Assembly: GCA_003427395.1 (NCBI GenBank)
Contig: BFEA01000041.1
Location: 2,003,811-2,065,131 of the forward strand
Reading direction: 5' to 3'
Source of the DNA: Chara braunii
Taxonomy: Eukaryota; Plantae; Charophyceae
Length of the DNA: 61,321 nt
Shown piece after piece: positions 11,559 through 23,598 of the stretch (position 1 is the stretch's first letter; every line of letters starts with the position of its first letter). Below the pieces are notes generated by a model, which was given only the letters and a program-made list of their open reading frames with translations, ran no database searches and was not told the origin of the DNA. Both the position numbers and the translations under genes were made by a program.

Positions 11559-13074
11559 CTTCGCCCTGCAAAAAAAAAAACGGATCCGGTCCTTCCCTCA
11601 CTCAATTTCCCAAAGAGACGAGTGAGTTATATGTTCTTCCCTCTCTCGCCACCAGCTATCTCCACCATCCCCTCAGTCGCCGACTGTATCTGGCGAGAAT
11701 TTTCGTCTACATTCCTACGCTCCCCCTTTGCCTGGTGACTGCTTCTACTCTTGTGGCTGCTGCTGTCCCTTGGCTTACCAACGCACCTAGCTGCCCGCTA
11801 CATCAAGTTCGCTCAAACTTCGACCATCGAACGTCGTGGGTGGGAAAAAAGATCCGAGAAGATGACCGTAGTCCGTATTACCAACCCTCCTCACTATGAA
11901 GATCGCAGCAATAGAGAGGACGGGAGAGCCNCAATCAAGCCGAACACAAGTGGGTGGGGCCCACCCCACTTACTACAAAAAATAAAAAAATAAAAAAATG
12001 TGAGTGAATCTTCCGCTAGAAGGTGGAAAGATGCACTCACTCCCCGCTTGGCTCTTCCCCCCCCCTTCTTATACCGCGCATGCCCTCCTCTTCATAACGC
12101 GAAACCTACCATTCCTCGGCTAAATCTAACTCCACCAATCCATTCGTAGCGCCCCAAAACCCCTATTTAGCTTCTTTTTTCACCCGATTCTATGGAGGAA
12201 CAAGAGAGATAGACACTTTTAACTCTTACTCTCCCTCCTACCTTCGACATCGTCGCACACTGATTTTTCCATCTAGCTTCACTTCTACTAATTCTCTGTC
12301 GAAACTGACCATAAACTCGAGTTCACCCACCCTCAAAAGCTCAAGTTAGCAGTCTAGTCTGACAAGGCTCATCAAGGAACAGCAAGGTCGGACTAGTTTC
12401 CCTTTCTTCCCTCCATATCTGCCTTCCTTCGTCGTCGTGTCCTCCCCTTTCCCTTCTTCTTCCTCACTACTCCACGAGCCTCCCCCTCCAGCCAGAGTAC
12501 ACCCGCACGGTCAGCAGTCTTGAGCATCCTACTGAAAGTAAGCTCCTGATCCCCGGACCTCTCTGTCTTATATAGCCCAGAATGGCATGCCTGCCCAACT
12601 CACCCATGCCGTACTCGAAGACACTACTATTTTTCTTTTTACTTTTGACTGAATCTGGCCAAATCTGGGCACTAGATCCATCCAGCCCAAGGAACTATAG
12701 TACAGCTCATAAAAAAAGACAAACGGGGCTGCTAAATAATAATAATAATAAATAAAAAAACTTGGACTTGGCGTGGCAACACGTTTGTGGGCTTTTTCTT
12801 CAGATCGAACTCCGATCTACACCCCAACAGCCCACGAGTGTGCCAGCCGAACTGGGCTTGGTGGTAAAGGCTAGTAATGCTGCAGCCCCCACCAGGATCC
12901 CTCCTGTTTGTTGTGCCCGGCCGTAACTCCCCTACTACCTCCCCTAACAGGCATGCTCATTCTGTAGGCCGTGCTAGCTTCTATTGTTTGTTTGGCTGGT
13001 CAACCACAACCTCGGAACAACCCAAACTGAGCGCACCTCCCATGAATCTATACCAGATTCACTAGTGGGGAACT

Positions 13075-13137
13075 CTGCACAGTGACCACGCCTGTCTTCC
13101 GTATATCGCTCTAATTTTAACAGATGTCCCGAAGGAC
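13075..13137 (-). pseudogene. U6: U6 snRNA 5' fragment inside 5' LTR of A
   Basis: Second LTR copy of 472-534: GTCCTTCGGGACATCTGTTAAAATTAGAGCGATATACGGAAGACAGGCGTGG. Confidence 0.85.
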
Positions 13138-14372
13138 TGTACCACGGTAGTGGTAGCATAGCAGTTCATGGGTGTATCTACTGAACGATGCTGCTGGGCT
13201 TTTTTGCAGGTCCCGGCACTAGTACAGGACCTCATTCCCAGATAGAAAAAGTAGCAATGGGAAAGTAAAAAAAGTATATAAAAAAAAAAATTAAAAAAAT
13301 ACATATATATAAAAAATTCAAACTCAAAAATAAAATAAAATAAAAGGGTAAGAACCGAATGCGGGAGAGGACCGTTGGTACCTGGTCCTCGGCCTTACCT
13401 CGCGGGCCCGAGGTCGGACCCCCCCGAAAAAAAAGCCAAGGGGGATAGTCCCACGGGACCCTCAACCCCTCGGCTCACTCCATAGTGCTCCTCCGCCGCT
13501 TCGCTGCTCCGCTCTGGCCTCGATCCCGAGATCCATCTGCTAAGAACTCAATGACGTAACCTATAGGACTAAGCCCCAGCCTGGTTACAGCAGGCGCAGT
13601 CCTCCATATGAAGGGTATCTGCTGCATGCCCAGGCCCATATGGTGTGCCAAGGCCACCACTTGGCTTATTCCCCAAACCCACGACTTTGTGAGGTCGTGT
13701 TCCGCTGCCTCCAAGGCAGCCGTTGTGCGGCTCACCACTCGCATTGCCCCTTCATGCCGCGGGCGCGGTTCGAGGCTCTAATAGCCTGCCGCGACCAGCC
13801 ATTTTATCGCTGCCTTGCCGAAACCCCCGACTTTTGTTCCTACTACATCCTGTTCGCACTTCATCCCTCGGATCTCTCTGATGAGTCCAACCCGCGGTAA
13901 TACCCCGTCACCTTAGTGTGTTGCATACTATGTGACCTCAACAACTGCCACCCATAGGGCCTGGCTCCGTCCACGACTGCCAACCTCCCGCATCTACCAC
14001 GCGAAGGTCACCGCTTGCGTTCTACTTTCTCTCGCACATCCCAATTACTACTCAAAGCAACGCCACTTCGCATGTCGTATGAACGCAGATGCACCATGGT
14101 CGCTTCAATAAAAGAAAAACTCTTCCTGTCTTAATCAAAGCTAAAAATTTTGCCGGTGGAAATGCCGACTCTATAACATCAAGAATAAAAATCATCACGC
14201 GCGGCTCGAAATTGCGCGCCCACACACTCTTTACTCCCCGTCAACCACTTTGTCAACGCGAACCAAACACAACCGCAACTTCGCACAGTATACTCAAGTT
14301 CTGAACAAACCTTATTTTCCGTCGCTTACAAAAAACAGGGCGGATACCCTTGTAAGGGTATTCGCGCCGACA

Positions 14373-15462
14373 ACGGGTCCTACCGGACCCGACATAGGGG
14401 TAGAAGGACATAGTAGGGCCAAAGGCCCGACCTTGGGGGGAACTACAGGCCGTAAAGGCCTCACCTTGGACCAGACCCGACGGGCAGGCCCAAACAACAT
14501 TACCGTTTGGGCCTGGCGGCGCTCTTGAGGCTGCCGCCCGCCGGTTGGGGCTGAACCGTCCATGTGGACGGTTGAGGGCATGGCCTGGCCTCGCAGCATT
14601 GAGGCCGGCCTCTGCCCCACCGGTACAAAGAACCGGTACAGCCTCAGTCGAAGGGATCGACCTACCGGCACTCTACCGGTACGGTATGGTACAGCGCACA
14701 TTAGCGCTGGCGCTATCTTTAGCGCAGGAGCAGCGAGGAGCAGCGAGGAGCAGCGCAGCAGCGGCGAGCGGAGCAGCAGCAGGGCGACTGAGGCAGACCG
14801 GCGGCCATCGCCGCCTGAGGTATTAGGGAGCCGGAAGGTTCTCTCCTCCCTCCCATCGTCAGTCCCCTCTCTCTCTCTCTCTCCTCCTCGCCTCCTTCTT
14901 CTTCTTCTTCTTCTTCTTCTTCTTCTTCTTCTTCTTCTTCTACTTCTTCAAATTGGAGACTTATACTAGTTGGACAGAGATCAGTGTTGGACTTCGGTGG
15001 TATGAGACTGTGGTACTTACCGGACTGGAGACTTGGAGATTGTTGGGGTTGATACTTGGCGGCATCACAGTTCGGACACCGGTTACATTTGGATTCTGTA
15101 TTTCCGACATTGGTGACTGATTGTCCTCGACATTTTGATCTTGTTGGATGATATTTTGGACTACCATATCGGTGACCTATCGGATTCTATTTCGATGACC
15201 TACCGGTGTTGTCTACCTCCCCCACCTCCTTCGTCTCTCCTCCCACCTTTCATCTGTGTATGAGTGTATGGGATCTGGGCATCGTCCATGCTTGGCCCAG
15301 ACCCCACCATCTCACGATTGTATGTGTGTGGAGTGATTCTTGAGTCAGTCTATGTGAGTCAGTCTATGTGAGTCAGTCCGTTTATAAAACTTCCGCCGCC
15401 TACATGCTCATCCTACATTGGTTGATCTTTGGTTATGCCCATACTCATTGAAGTATGTAAAA
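14373..15462 (+). repeat. 5' LTR of chromovirus (first ~20 nt displaced by element A)
   Basis: Direct repeat of 22376-23598. Ends ATGTAAAA (mutated ATGTAACA). Confidence 0.92.
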
Positions 15463-15466
15463 GTTT

Positions 15467-15478
15467 TGGTATCGGAGC
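15467..15478 (+). promoter_or_regulatory. Primer binding site, initiator tRNA-Met type
   Basis: TGGTATCGGAGC lies 4 nt after the LTR end; the canonical form is TGGTATCAGAGC. Confidence 0.85.
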
Positions 15479-15503
15479 AGACCAATTACGGATCTGCTCA
15501 CCA

Positions 15504-16477
15504 GGTAAGACTGATTTAGGAATTAGATTGTTCTTCAATCTTCCAAATCAGCGCTGAAGTACTATCAAGTTCAAAGTTGCAATTTTTTTTATTTTTTTTT
15601 CGGTATTCTGTTTATTTCGGCACTTCTGTTTCAATTCAGTATTCGAACTTATTATTCTGATTTCTGTTTTCGCCGGTATGCTGTTTCATTAGGTTCCGAT
15701 AAATTGATTCTAATCCAACATTCTGTTTGATTCGGATTTCTGGTTAGTAATTCGTAATTAGGGTTAAATCAGTTTTCTGTTGATTTCGGCATTCTGATTT
15801 TCTTTCGGTATTCCATTTTTATTTCGGCATTCTGATTTTTAATCCGGTATTTCGTTTTACAAATCGGCATTTCCGTTTTATCGGAGTAGTGAAAATTAGG
15901 GTTACGCAATCTTTGGTTTTAGATCAACTTGGGGAATTCGAACGTTTTGGGGACTGTAAATCCGGAAATTCCGTTGAAATGCGAAAAATTAGGGTTGGGA
16001 CCGAAATTTTCGCGAATTTTTTTCTTTCAATCCCCTTGTTTGAGAAATTCCGAAAACAGGTTTAGGCCTTTAAAAATCGGATTTTGATGGAGGAATTTCC
16101 CGAAAATTCACGTTTGTAAAAATTCGAGTGTTTTTTCCTAACTTTTTCCGAAACTTTTTTTTGGGCAAACTAATCCGAAGCTAACCCTCAAAGTTGCAAC
16201 TTCCGGGTTTCACTCATTAACGGTGAATTCCCGGACCATAGATGATCTCAACGGATACCTCATCTTGATAAAATTCAAATTCGTTTATCATCATTATTGC
16301 AAAATTGTTTATTGCGGATTATCTTTATTCTAAACATTGCTTATTGATGATCATTAAGAATTATTATTTCGTTATTTATCATTAAATAAGTTTTATTGAT
16401 TAAATAATTCGTTAACTCTAATTCTTATTACGAATTGTTGAATTGTTTACATGAATCTATATTTCTGTTTTGATTAG
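15504..16477 (+). other. Putative intron in the chromovirus 5' leader
   Basis: CAG|GTAAGA donor just after the PBS, a T-rich body with ~20-nt TTCGGCATTCTG-type tandem repeats, and a TTTCTGTTTTGATTAG| acceptor before gag. Confidence 0.55.
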
Positions 16478-16612
16478 GTGTCTACAGTCCATCAGTGGGA
16501 TAGGGGACTGTATGTGCATTGTATGATTGTTCTACCCCTGTTTCCTTTCTCTCTACCCTCCCCGTATTATGTGACCATCGGGACCTCTCAAGTACCGCAC
16601 CAGTTCACACTG

Positions 16613-18403
16613 ATGTCAATGGAACAGGACACCGGGGCACTGCCACGGCGCAGTGCCAGGCTCGCAGTTCGTGCCCGCCCTGCGGTACCTCCAAGACCCA
16701 AGAGACTTAGCAAGCGGAAGACTCCAGCAACATCAAGTACAGCATTGGCGGTACCGGACACCACCGGAGTTCTTCCCGCGTGCCTGGTTCGAGGGGCCAG
16801 TGAGCCGGTGGCTGACTATCTTGGGCGACTACAGGTATTTACAGATGTCGTAGCTGCCGCCAAGGCTTGGCAAGAGGCAGCAGAGGCAGAACGTCAGCGG
16901 CTGGCCAATGAGGCAGCAGCCCAAGCTCAGCAGACGGCTGAGGCCGACGCAGCGGCACGAGACCAACGGAATGCCGCCAGCTCGGAATCCCTGATTCGTA
17001 ATGAGAATCAGTGGACAACGAGCCTCGAGGGCATGATCTTTGTGTCTTTGGAAGAGCAGGCAGATCCAACACCGGCGGAGGCAGAGAGGACTCACCTGGC
17101 TAACGTGATGTTGACGATGATGCGAGCGATCATGTGGAACAATACGATGTTAGCGGTGCAAATACACGAGGGCAGACAACTGCGACAGATTCAGCAGAAG
17201 GATTCTGCAGCCTTATCAGTTGTTGTTCGCACTACCGCCACATATCAGCAACAACAGCAACAACAGCAACAACTGTTGAACACCACCACCGCACGCGTCA
17301 GCAGCATCGAGGCTAAGACCTCAGCAGCGCCAGGCTGCACGACAGACGAGACGAAGCAGCTCAATGGGCGCATCGATCACGTCGTCAATCTCATCGGCGA
17401 CATAGGTGTTTTCAATGGGCCGGACACGATCAGTAGCACGGTGACCGCCATCAAGACGGACATCACCAAGCTGCAGACGAGACCGGACGCCACTACGAAG
17501 AACTACAAGATGCCGCACTTCGACATCAACAAGTTCGACGACCACAACAAGACGGACGCTTTGGCATAGTGGCAACGTTTCCTCACGGAAGCATCATGTC
17601 GCACTGTCCCAGATGACTATCTGATGAAGGCGTTATACTTACAGCTGATTGGAGGAGCGCAGGCATGGATGAACCATCTGGCGGCTACCCACACATGCAC
17701 CATCGCCGAACTTCACACGCACATTACGTGNAAGGATTTCGAGAAGCTATGGTTCACCCGTTTCATGGTCCGCAACGTCGTGAAGGCGGCCATGAACGAA
17801 GTGTATACCTGCTCTCAAGGGAATATGCCAACTCGAGACTGGACAACCAAGTGGCAGAAGATAGTGACCACGCCAGGATTCGATTTGAGTTTTACCAATC
17901 AACGATCCGAGTTCTTCTCGCGATCGTGCGCAGGACTACGATCGGCACTCGGCAACGAGTACGATTACGATTCATTATAGGCCATTCAAGATCGCGCAAA
18001 CTTGGTCATCCAAACGGATGACAAGGCTGCAAACGAACGGCAGTCCCAGCCGCATTATGTGGCTAAGCATGGCTATCAACGTCCGACACATAACAATGTC
18101 GTGATTTCGGAAGAAACAAACGATCTCCACGCTGTAGCAGCATCCTCGAGTGATGGAGGAATTGTAGCAGCGCTCCCGCCAAAGCGTCCCAAGAGAGTTC
18201 GGAAGAACAAGAAGACACAAGACACGGCATCGACGGGAACTGGGCCGCAACCATGGACAGCTTACAAGATAACCAAGGATGTCTATGACCTCCGTCAAAA
18301 GTACGCATACTGCCTTTGGTGCAACGGCGTCATGCACTTGACCGCACAATGCCCCGAAAAGGGCAAGACATGCGTATCCCGTCCAGCAAACTCGGGAAAC
18401 TAA
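16613..18403 (+). pseudogene. gag: Chromovirus gag (two in-frame TAG stops)
   Basis: One reading frame across ORFs 16478-17569, 17624-17980 and 18002-18403. Capsid-like KMPHFDINKF...AQAWMNHL...FEKLWFTRF and zinc knuckle CLWCNGVMHLTAQC. Confidence 0.88.
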
Positions 18404-18443
18404 GTTACGCAAGGAGAGGGGCGACGTCTCTCCTCACTCCGCC
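18394..18443 (+). promoter_or_regulatory. Putative -1 ribosomal frameshift signal (G GGA AAC plus pseudoknot)
   Basis: Slippery heptamer immediately before the gag TAA; pol is in the -1 frame. Stem AGGAGAG/CTCTCCT with loop GGCG able to pair with downstream CGCC. Confidence 0.7.
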
Positions 18444-21400
18444 GGAACCGGTTGCCTTGCTAGCAATCGATGTCACTACCGGGAAGCATGCGTTAGTCGC
18501 TGATTCTCGTGCCACGTACGAGGATTATGCCGCCCAGCATTTACCACCACTAGACCAGCCAAGCCACGTGCACTTAGAGTGCGTATGCGCAGCCTGTACA
18601 CCGTCGGCAAGTGATCCGGTTAGTTCGCCACTGATTTCCAAGGACTCGACGGCGTGGTCAAGACTTGAGGAGCTTGACCCGCTTACGAGAGAGGACTTCG
18701 CTTGGATGCCTCTACCCTCGACCGAAACCTTGCCAAGGCCGCATTGCAACGCCTTGATGGCAACTCTACGCTCCTATTTGCACGCTACAGTACCAGCTCC
18801 GTTGACGGACGACGGAGTAGCTGTTGTCGATCTCCGCTCCTATCTTGCGAAGATTGACCGCGAGTACGCCACCCAAAGGTACGCCGAAACCGATGCACCT
18901 TTGCTCTATATCCGCATTCAAATCGGAAAGGCAGCCTGTAGTGCCTTGATTGATTGCGGAGCGTCTCGTAACTTTATGAGCCAAGCCTTTATGGCCCGCG
19001 CAGGTCTTGGCCCGCACGTTCGAGGGAAGACGCAACCTACGCAAGTTACACTCGCGGACGGCCGCACGCAAAAGTCAATTGACCGATGCGTTGACGGCGT
19101 TCCGGTCTACTTTGCGCCACTTGCGTGCGAGCCGGCGTCTTTTGACATCCTCGACACCAAGTTCGATATGATTCTAGGCATGTCTTGGTTGCGTAGTGTC
19201 GATCATCCGGTGAACTTCCATGACCGAACCGTTCACATCCGTGATCGGAACGGAGTGTTAGTCCCATATACAGTCGCGACCCCTCACACTTCGATTGCTT
19301 GTCACGTGGTTTCCGTTGCGAGAATTCGCGACTCCATTGCTCAGAATGACGTCGAGGAGATGANCCTTATATTCTTGCATGCTCTCCCCTCGCCGGACGG
19401 ACCAGCCGCGTCACCGCCGGACCCACGCATCACTCACCTCTTGAACGAGTATGGAGACGTCTTCGAGGCGCCCACCGAAACGGTTCCAGATCGGCCCATA
19501 CGTCACAGGATCACTCTCGAGGCGGGCGCCGTCCCTCCGCGTGGATGTATCTACCGCATGAGCGAAGAGGAACTCGAAGTGCTTCGCGCACAACTCGATG
19601 ACCTTTTTGACAAGGGCTGGATTCGCCCTAGTTGCTCGCCATACGGAGCACCTGTTCTCTTCGTCCGGAAGAAGAACAAAGATCTACGGTTATGCATCGA
19701 CTATCGCGAACTTAACGCACAAACCGTAAAGAACGTCGGCGCTCTCCCTCGGATTGATGATCTCCTTGAGCGGTTAGGCGGCGCGATGTACTTCTCGAAG
19801 TTGGACTTGAAGTCAGGTTACCACCAGATTGAAATCCAGCCTCAAGATCAGTATAAGACCGCATTCAAGACGCGGTACGGGTATTTTGAGTGGGTTGTCA
19901 TGCCCTTTGGCCTCACCAATGCCCCCGCAACTTTTCAAGCAGCTATGACGACTGAGTTTCACGACTTGCTCGATCGCAGCGTCCTCATCTACCTCGATGA
20001 CATCTTGGTCTATAGCAGGACGTTGGATGAGCACATCGCACACCTTCTCGTTGTTTTGAATCGTTTGTGATTGGCCAAGTACAAAGCGAACCGCGACAAG
20101 TGCGAGTTCGCCAAGCAAGAGCTTGAGTATTTGGGCCACTATGTTACGCTGAAAGGCATTCGTCCCTTAGCGGACAAGATCCAAGCCATCGTGGATTGGC
20201 CGGAACCCCGTTGCACGACGGACGTACGCTCTTTCATGGGATTGGCTGGATATTATCAGCGATTCGTTGATTCATACTCGAAAGTGGCAGCTCCTTTGTC
20301 GAGACTTCAGTCCCCGAAGGTGCCCTTCGAGTTCGACGATGCAGCCCGTGGAGCGTTCACTAGGTTGAAGGCAGTGATGCAAGCCGCACCTGCCCTCCGT
20401 ATATACGACCCCACCCTACCCACCCAAGTGACTACGGACGCTTCGGGATACGGGATTGGTGCGGTGTTGGAACAGTGTCACGAGGACGGTTGGCATCCGG
20501 TCGAGTATTTCTCCCAAAAGGTGCCTCTCGTAAACACTCTCGACGACGCTAGGAAGAAAGAGCTACTCGCATTCGTCACCGTTCTCAAACGGTGGCGACA
20601 CTTTCTTCTCGATCGTCGACGTTTTAAATGGAATACGGACAACAATTTGTTGACCTTTTACAAAACGCAGGATACGGTCACTAGTACGGGGATGTATTAC
20701 ATCGACCAGTTCGACTTTGACCCGTGCCACATTCCCGGTCCCGCCAATCGAGTTGCGGACGCCCTCTCACGACGGCCCGACTTTTGTGCCATTGTGACCA
20801 CGGCATTCGACCTCGATGACGATCTGCAACCGCATTTCGTCAAAGGCTACAANTCNGATCNGACTTANTCTACGCTNTACGCGGAGCTTTCATCGGATCA
20901 CCCGCCGGCTAGCCACTATCGGATTGCAGACGGGTTCCTTCTCCTTCACACGAGAGGAAAGGACTTGTTAGTTGTGCCCCAAGATCGCATTTTACGAACT
21001 CGTCTTCTCGGCGAATTCCACGACGCACGACTTTCGGCACACCTTGGCGTGAACCCCACTGGCCCGACGTCCTTCATGACGTCACGAGGTACATTGAGTC
21101 ATGTGCAGTTTGCCACCGTAACAAGGGTCAATCTCGTTTCCCCTTCGGCAAACTGAAACCTTTGTCGATCCCTCGGGCACCACGCCTCTTCATTGCTATG
21201 GACATGACAGGCCCGTTTCCCCGCGATCGCCACGGCCATGACGGTATTCTCACGGTCGTTGATCGTTTGAGCAAGTATGCTGGCTTCCTTCCTTGCAAGT
21301 ATCATGCTGCAGCACCCGAGCTCGCAAGACTCTTGCACACCGGTTGGATTACCAACCAGGGTGTTCCGGAAGACATATTGAACGACCGAGATACTCGCTT

Positions 21401-22331
21401 CATGTCAACCTTTTGAACTTCCCTCATGGCTGAGTCCGGTACGACAATGAAGCCGAGCTTAGCTCGGCACCCGCAGACGGATGGCAAGACGGAGCGAGCG
21501 CACCAGACCGCTCAGATGATGTTGCGTACGCTCATCCGTCCCGATCAGAAAGATTGAGTTGACCGGTTTCCCGATATCGAGTTCACCTATAACACTTCGG
21601 TGCAGCCGGCGATCTGCATCACACCATTCGAGCTACATCATGGTGGAGAGAAAGCACTGATCTTCGCTGATCTCCTTCTGCCACAGGCTGCCGACATAGA
21701 CGCCCCTTGCTCTCCCGCTTCCGTTCGGAAGTACCGGGACTTGCTGATCAAAGCCCACGCAAATATGCAAAAGACTCAGATCCGCATGCAGCAGCAGGCT
21801 AACCGATGTCGACTTCCATGTCCTTTCCGCGAGGGAGACCTTGTTTGGGTCCTCTCCGAGGAATTTGCGCTCGAGCAGGACGTTTCGTGCAAACTCCTTC
21901 CGAAGTGGTTCGGACCTTGGAAAGTCACTTCTCCCATTGGAGACGACCCCGCAGGTCCTTCCTTCGTGATCAACATTCGACCGCACCTTACAGTGCATCG
22001 GGTCTGCCACGCATCGAAGCTGGCCATCTACACGCCACCTTCAGTGGACGACTTTCCCGGACGTCGATCACAAGATCCGCCTTCCATGGACGGACATCAG
22101 GAAGTGGACCGTGTCATCACGCACCGCAAGTATGGCAACAAGCCAATNCAGTACAAAGTCACATTCAAGCAATGTGCGCCTGACGACACTCAGTGGATCT
22201 CTAGTGCAGACTTGCAGACTTCTGCACCCCTTATCTTCGCCAACTATGAGAAGACACGACTTGCCAAGGCAGCAGCTCGTCCCACCCGACCTATCCCGGT
22301 ATCGGACAGACAACTCCGCCCTCGCAAGTAG
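18394..22331 (+). pseudogene. pol: Chromovirus pol: protease, RT, RNase H, integrase, chromodomain (stops, frameshifts)
   Basis: ALIDCGASRNF (protease), RLCIDYRELN / MPFGLTNAPATFQ / YLDD (RT), TDASGYGIGAVL (RNase H), MDMTGPFP...VVDRLSKY (integrase), LPKWFGPW (GPF-like motif), QEVDRVITHR...YKVTFK...TQWIS (chromodomain). Confidence 0.95.
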
Positions 22332-22342
22332 CTCGGTCTTTT

Positions 22343-22353
22343 AAGAGGGGGAG
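22343..22353 (+). promoter_or_regulatory. Polypurine tract
   Basis: AAGAGGGGGAG, 2 nt before the 3' LTR. Confidence 0.9.
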
Positions 22354-22355
22354 TG

Positions 22356-23598
22356 TGTTACATCTTCGACGCCACACGGGTCCTACCGGACCCGACATAG
22401 GGGTAGAAGGACACAGTAGGGCCAAAGGCCCGACCTTGGGGGGAACTACAGGCCGTAAAGGCCTCACCTTGGACCAGACCCGACGGGCAGGCCCAAACGA
22501 CATTACCATTTGGGCCTGGCGGCGCTCTTGAGGCTGCCGCCCGCCGGTTGGGGCTGAACCGTCCATCTGGACGATTCAGGGCACGGCCAGGCCTCGCAGC
22601 ATTGAGGCCGGCCTCTGCCCCACCGGTATAAAGAACCGGACCAGCCTCAGTCGAAGGGATCGACCTACCGGCACTCTACCGGTACGGTATGGTACAGAGC
22701 ACATTAGCGTTGGCGCTATCTTTAGCGCAGGAGCAGCAGCAGGGCGACTGAGCCAGANNNNNNNNNNNNNNNNNNNNNNNNNNNNNNNNNNNNNNNNNNN
22801 NNNNNNNNNNNNNNNNNNNNNNNNNNNNNNNNNNNNNNNNNNNNNNNNNNNNNNNNNNNNNNNNNNNNNNNNNNNNNNNNNNNNNNNNNNNNNNNNNNNN
22901 NNNNNNNNNNNNNNNNNNNNNNNNNNNNNNNNNNNNNNNNNNNNNNNNNNNNNNNNNNNNNNNNNNNNNNNNNGCTCCTTCTTCTTCTTCTTCTTCTTCT
23001 TCTTCTTCTTCTTCTTCTTCTTCTTCTTCTTCAGACTCCATCTTCTTCTTTTTCTTCTTCTTCTTCTTCTTCTTCTTCTTCTTCTTCTTCTTCTTCTTCA
23101 GATTGGAGACTTATACTAGTTGGACAGAGATCAGTGTTGGACTTCGGTGGTATGAGACTGTGGTACTTACCGGACTGGAGACTTGGAGATTGTTGGGGTT
23201 GATACTTGGTGGCATCACAGTTCGGACACCGGTTACATTTGGACTCTGTATCTCCGACATTGGTGACTGATTGTCCTCGACATTTTGATCTTGTTGGATG
23301 ACATTTTGGACTACCATATCGGTGACCTATCGGATTCTATTTCGATGACCTACCGGTGCTGTCTACCTCCCCCACCTCCTTCGTCTCTCCTCCCACCTTT
23401 CATCTGTGTATGAGTGTACGGGATCTGGGCATCGTCCATGCTTGGCCAAGACCCCACCATCTCACGATTGTATGTGTGTGGAGTGATTCTTGAGTCAGTC
23501 TATGTGAGTCAGTCCGTTTATCAGACTTCCGCTGCATACATGCTCATCCTACATTGGTTGATCTTTGGTTCTGCCCTTACTCATTGAAGTATGTAACA
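22356..23598 (+). repeat. 3' LTR of chromovirus (contains an assembly gap)
   Basis: TGTTACAT...ATGTAACA 8-bp inverted termini; direct repeat of 14373-15462. Confidence 0.95.

Larger units (their letters stand above)
1..14372 (-). mobile_element. Element A: non-autonomous Ty3/gypsy (Athila-like, tRNA-Asp primed) LTR retrotransposon with giant LTRs; 3' LTR truncated by the window edge
   Basis: 1-1769 is a near-identical direct repeat of 12610-14372. The minus-strand LTR starts TGTCGGCGC (14372) and ends GCGCTCGACA (7649), an imperfect inverted terminal pair. A tRNA-Asp PBS follows. No RT/RNaseH/INT is seen in the internal region 1770-7648. Confidence 0.85.
7649..14372 (-). repeat. 5' LTR of element A (6,724 bp)
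   Basis: TG...CA termini with inverted TGTCG(A)GCGC, adjacent PBS, and first 1.77 kb repeated at 1-1769. Its last ~200 nt are homologous to 28304-28533. Confidence 0.82.
14373..23598 (+). mobile_element. Chromovirus-type Ty3/gypsy LTR retrotransposon (decayed)
   Basis: Paired LTRs, Met-i PBS, PPT, gag and pol in PR-RT-RH-INT order with a C-terminal chromodomain. Confidence 0.95.

Noticed and set aside
15341-15378. Tandem TGAGTCA (bZIP/GCN4-type) sites in the chromovirus LTR
   Set aside because: Real (3 copies vs 2 in the 3' LTR) but explained by 14-bp slippage; no evidence of function.
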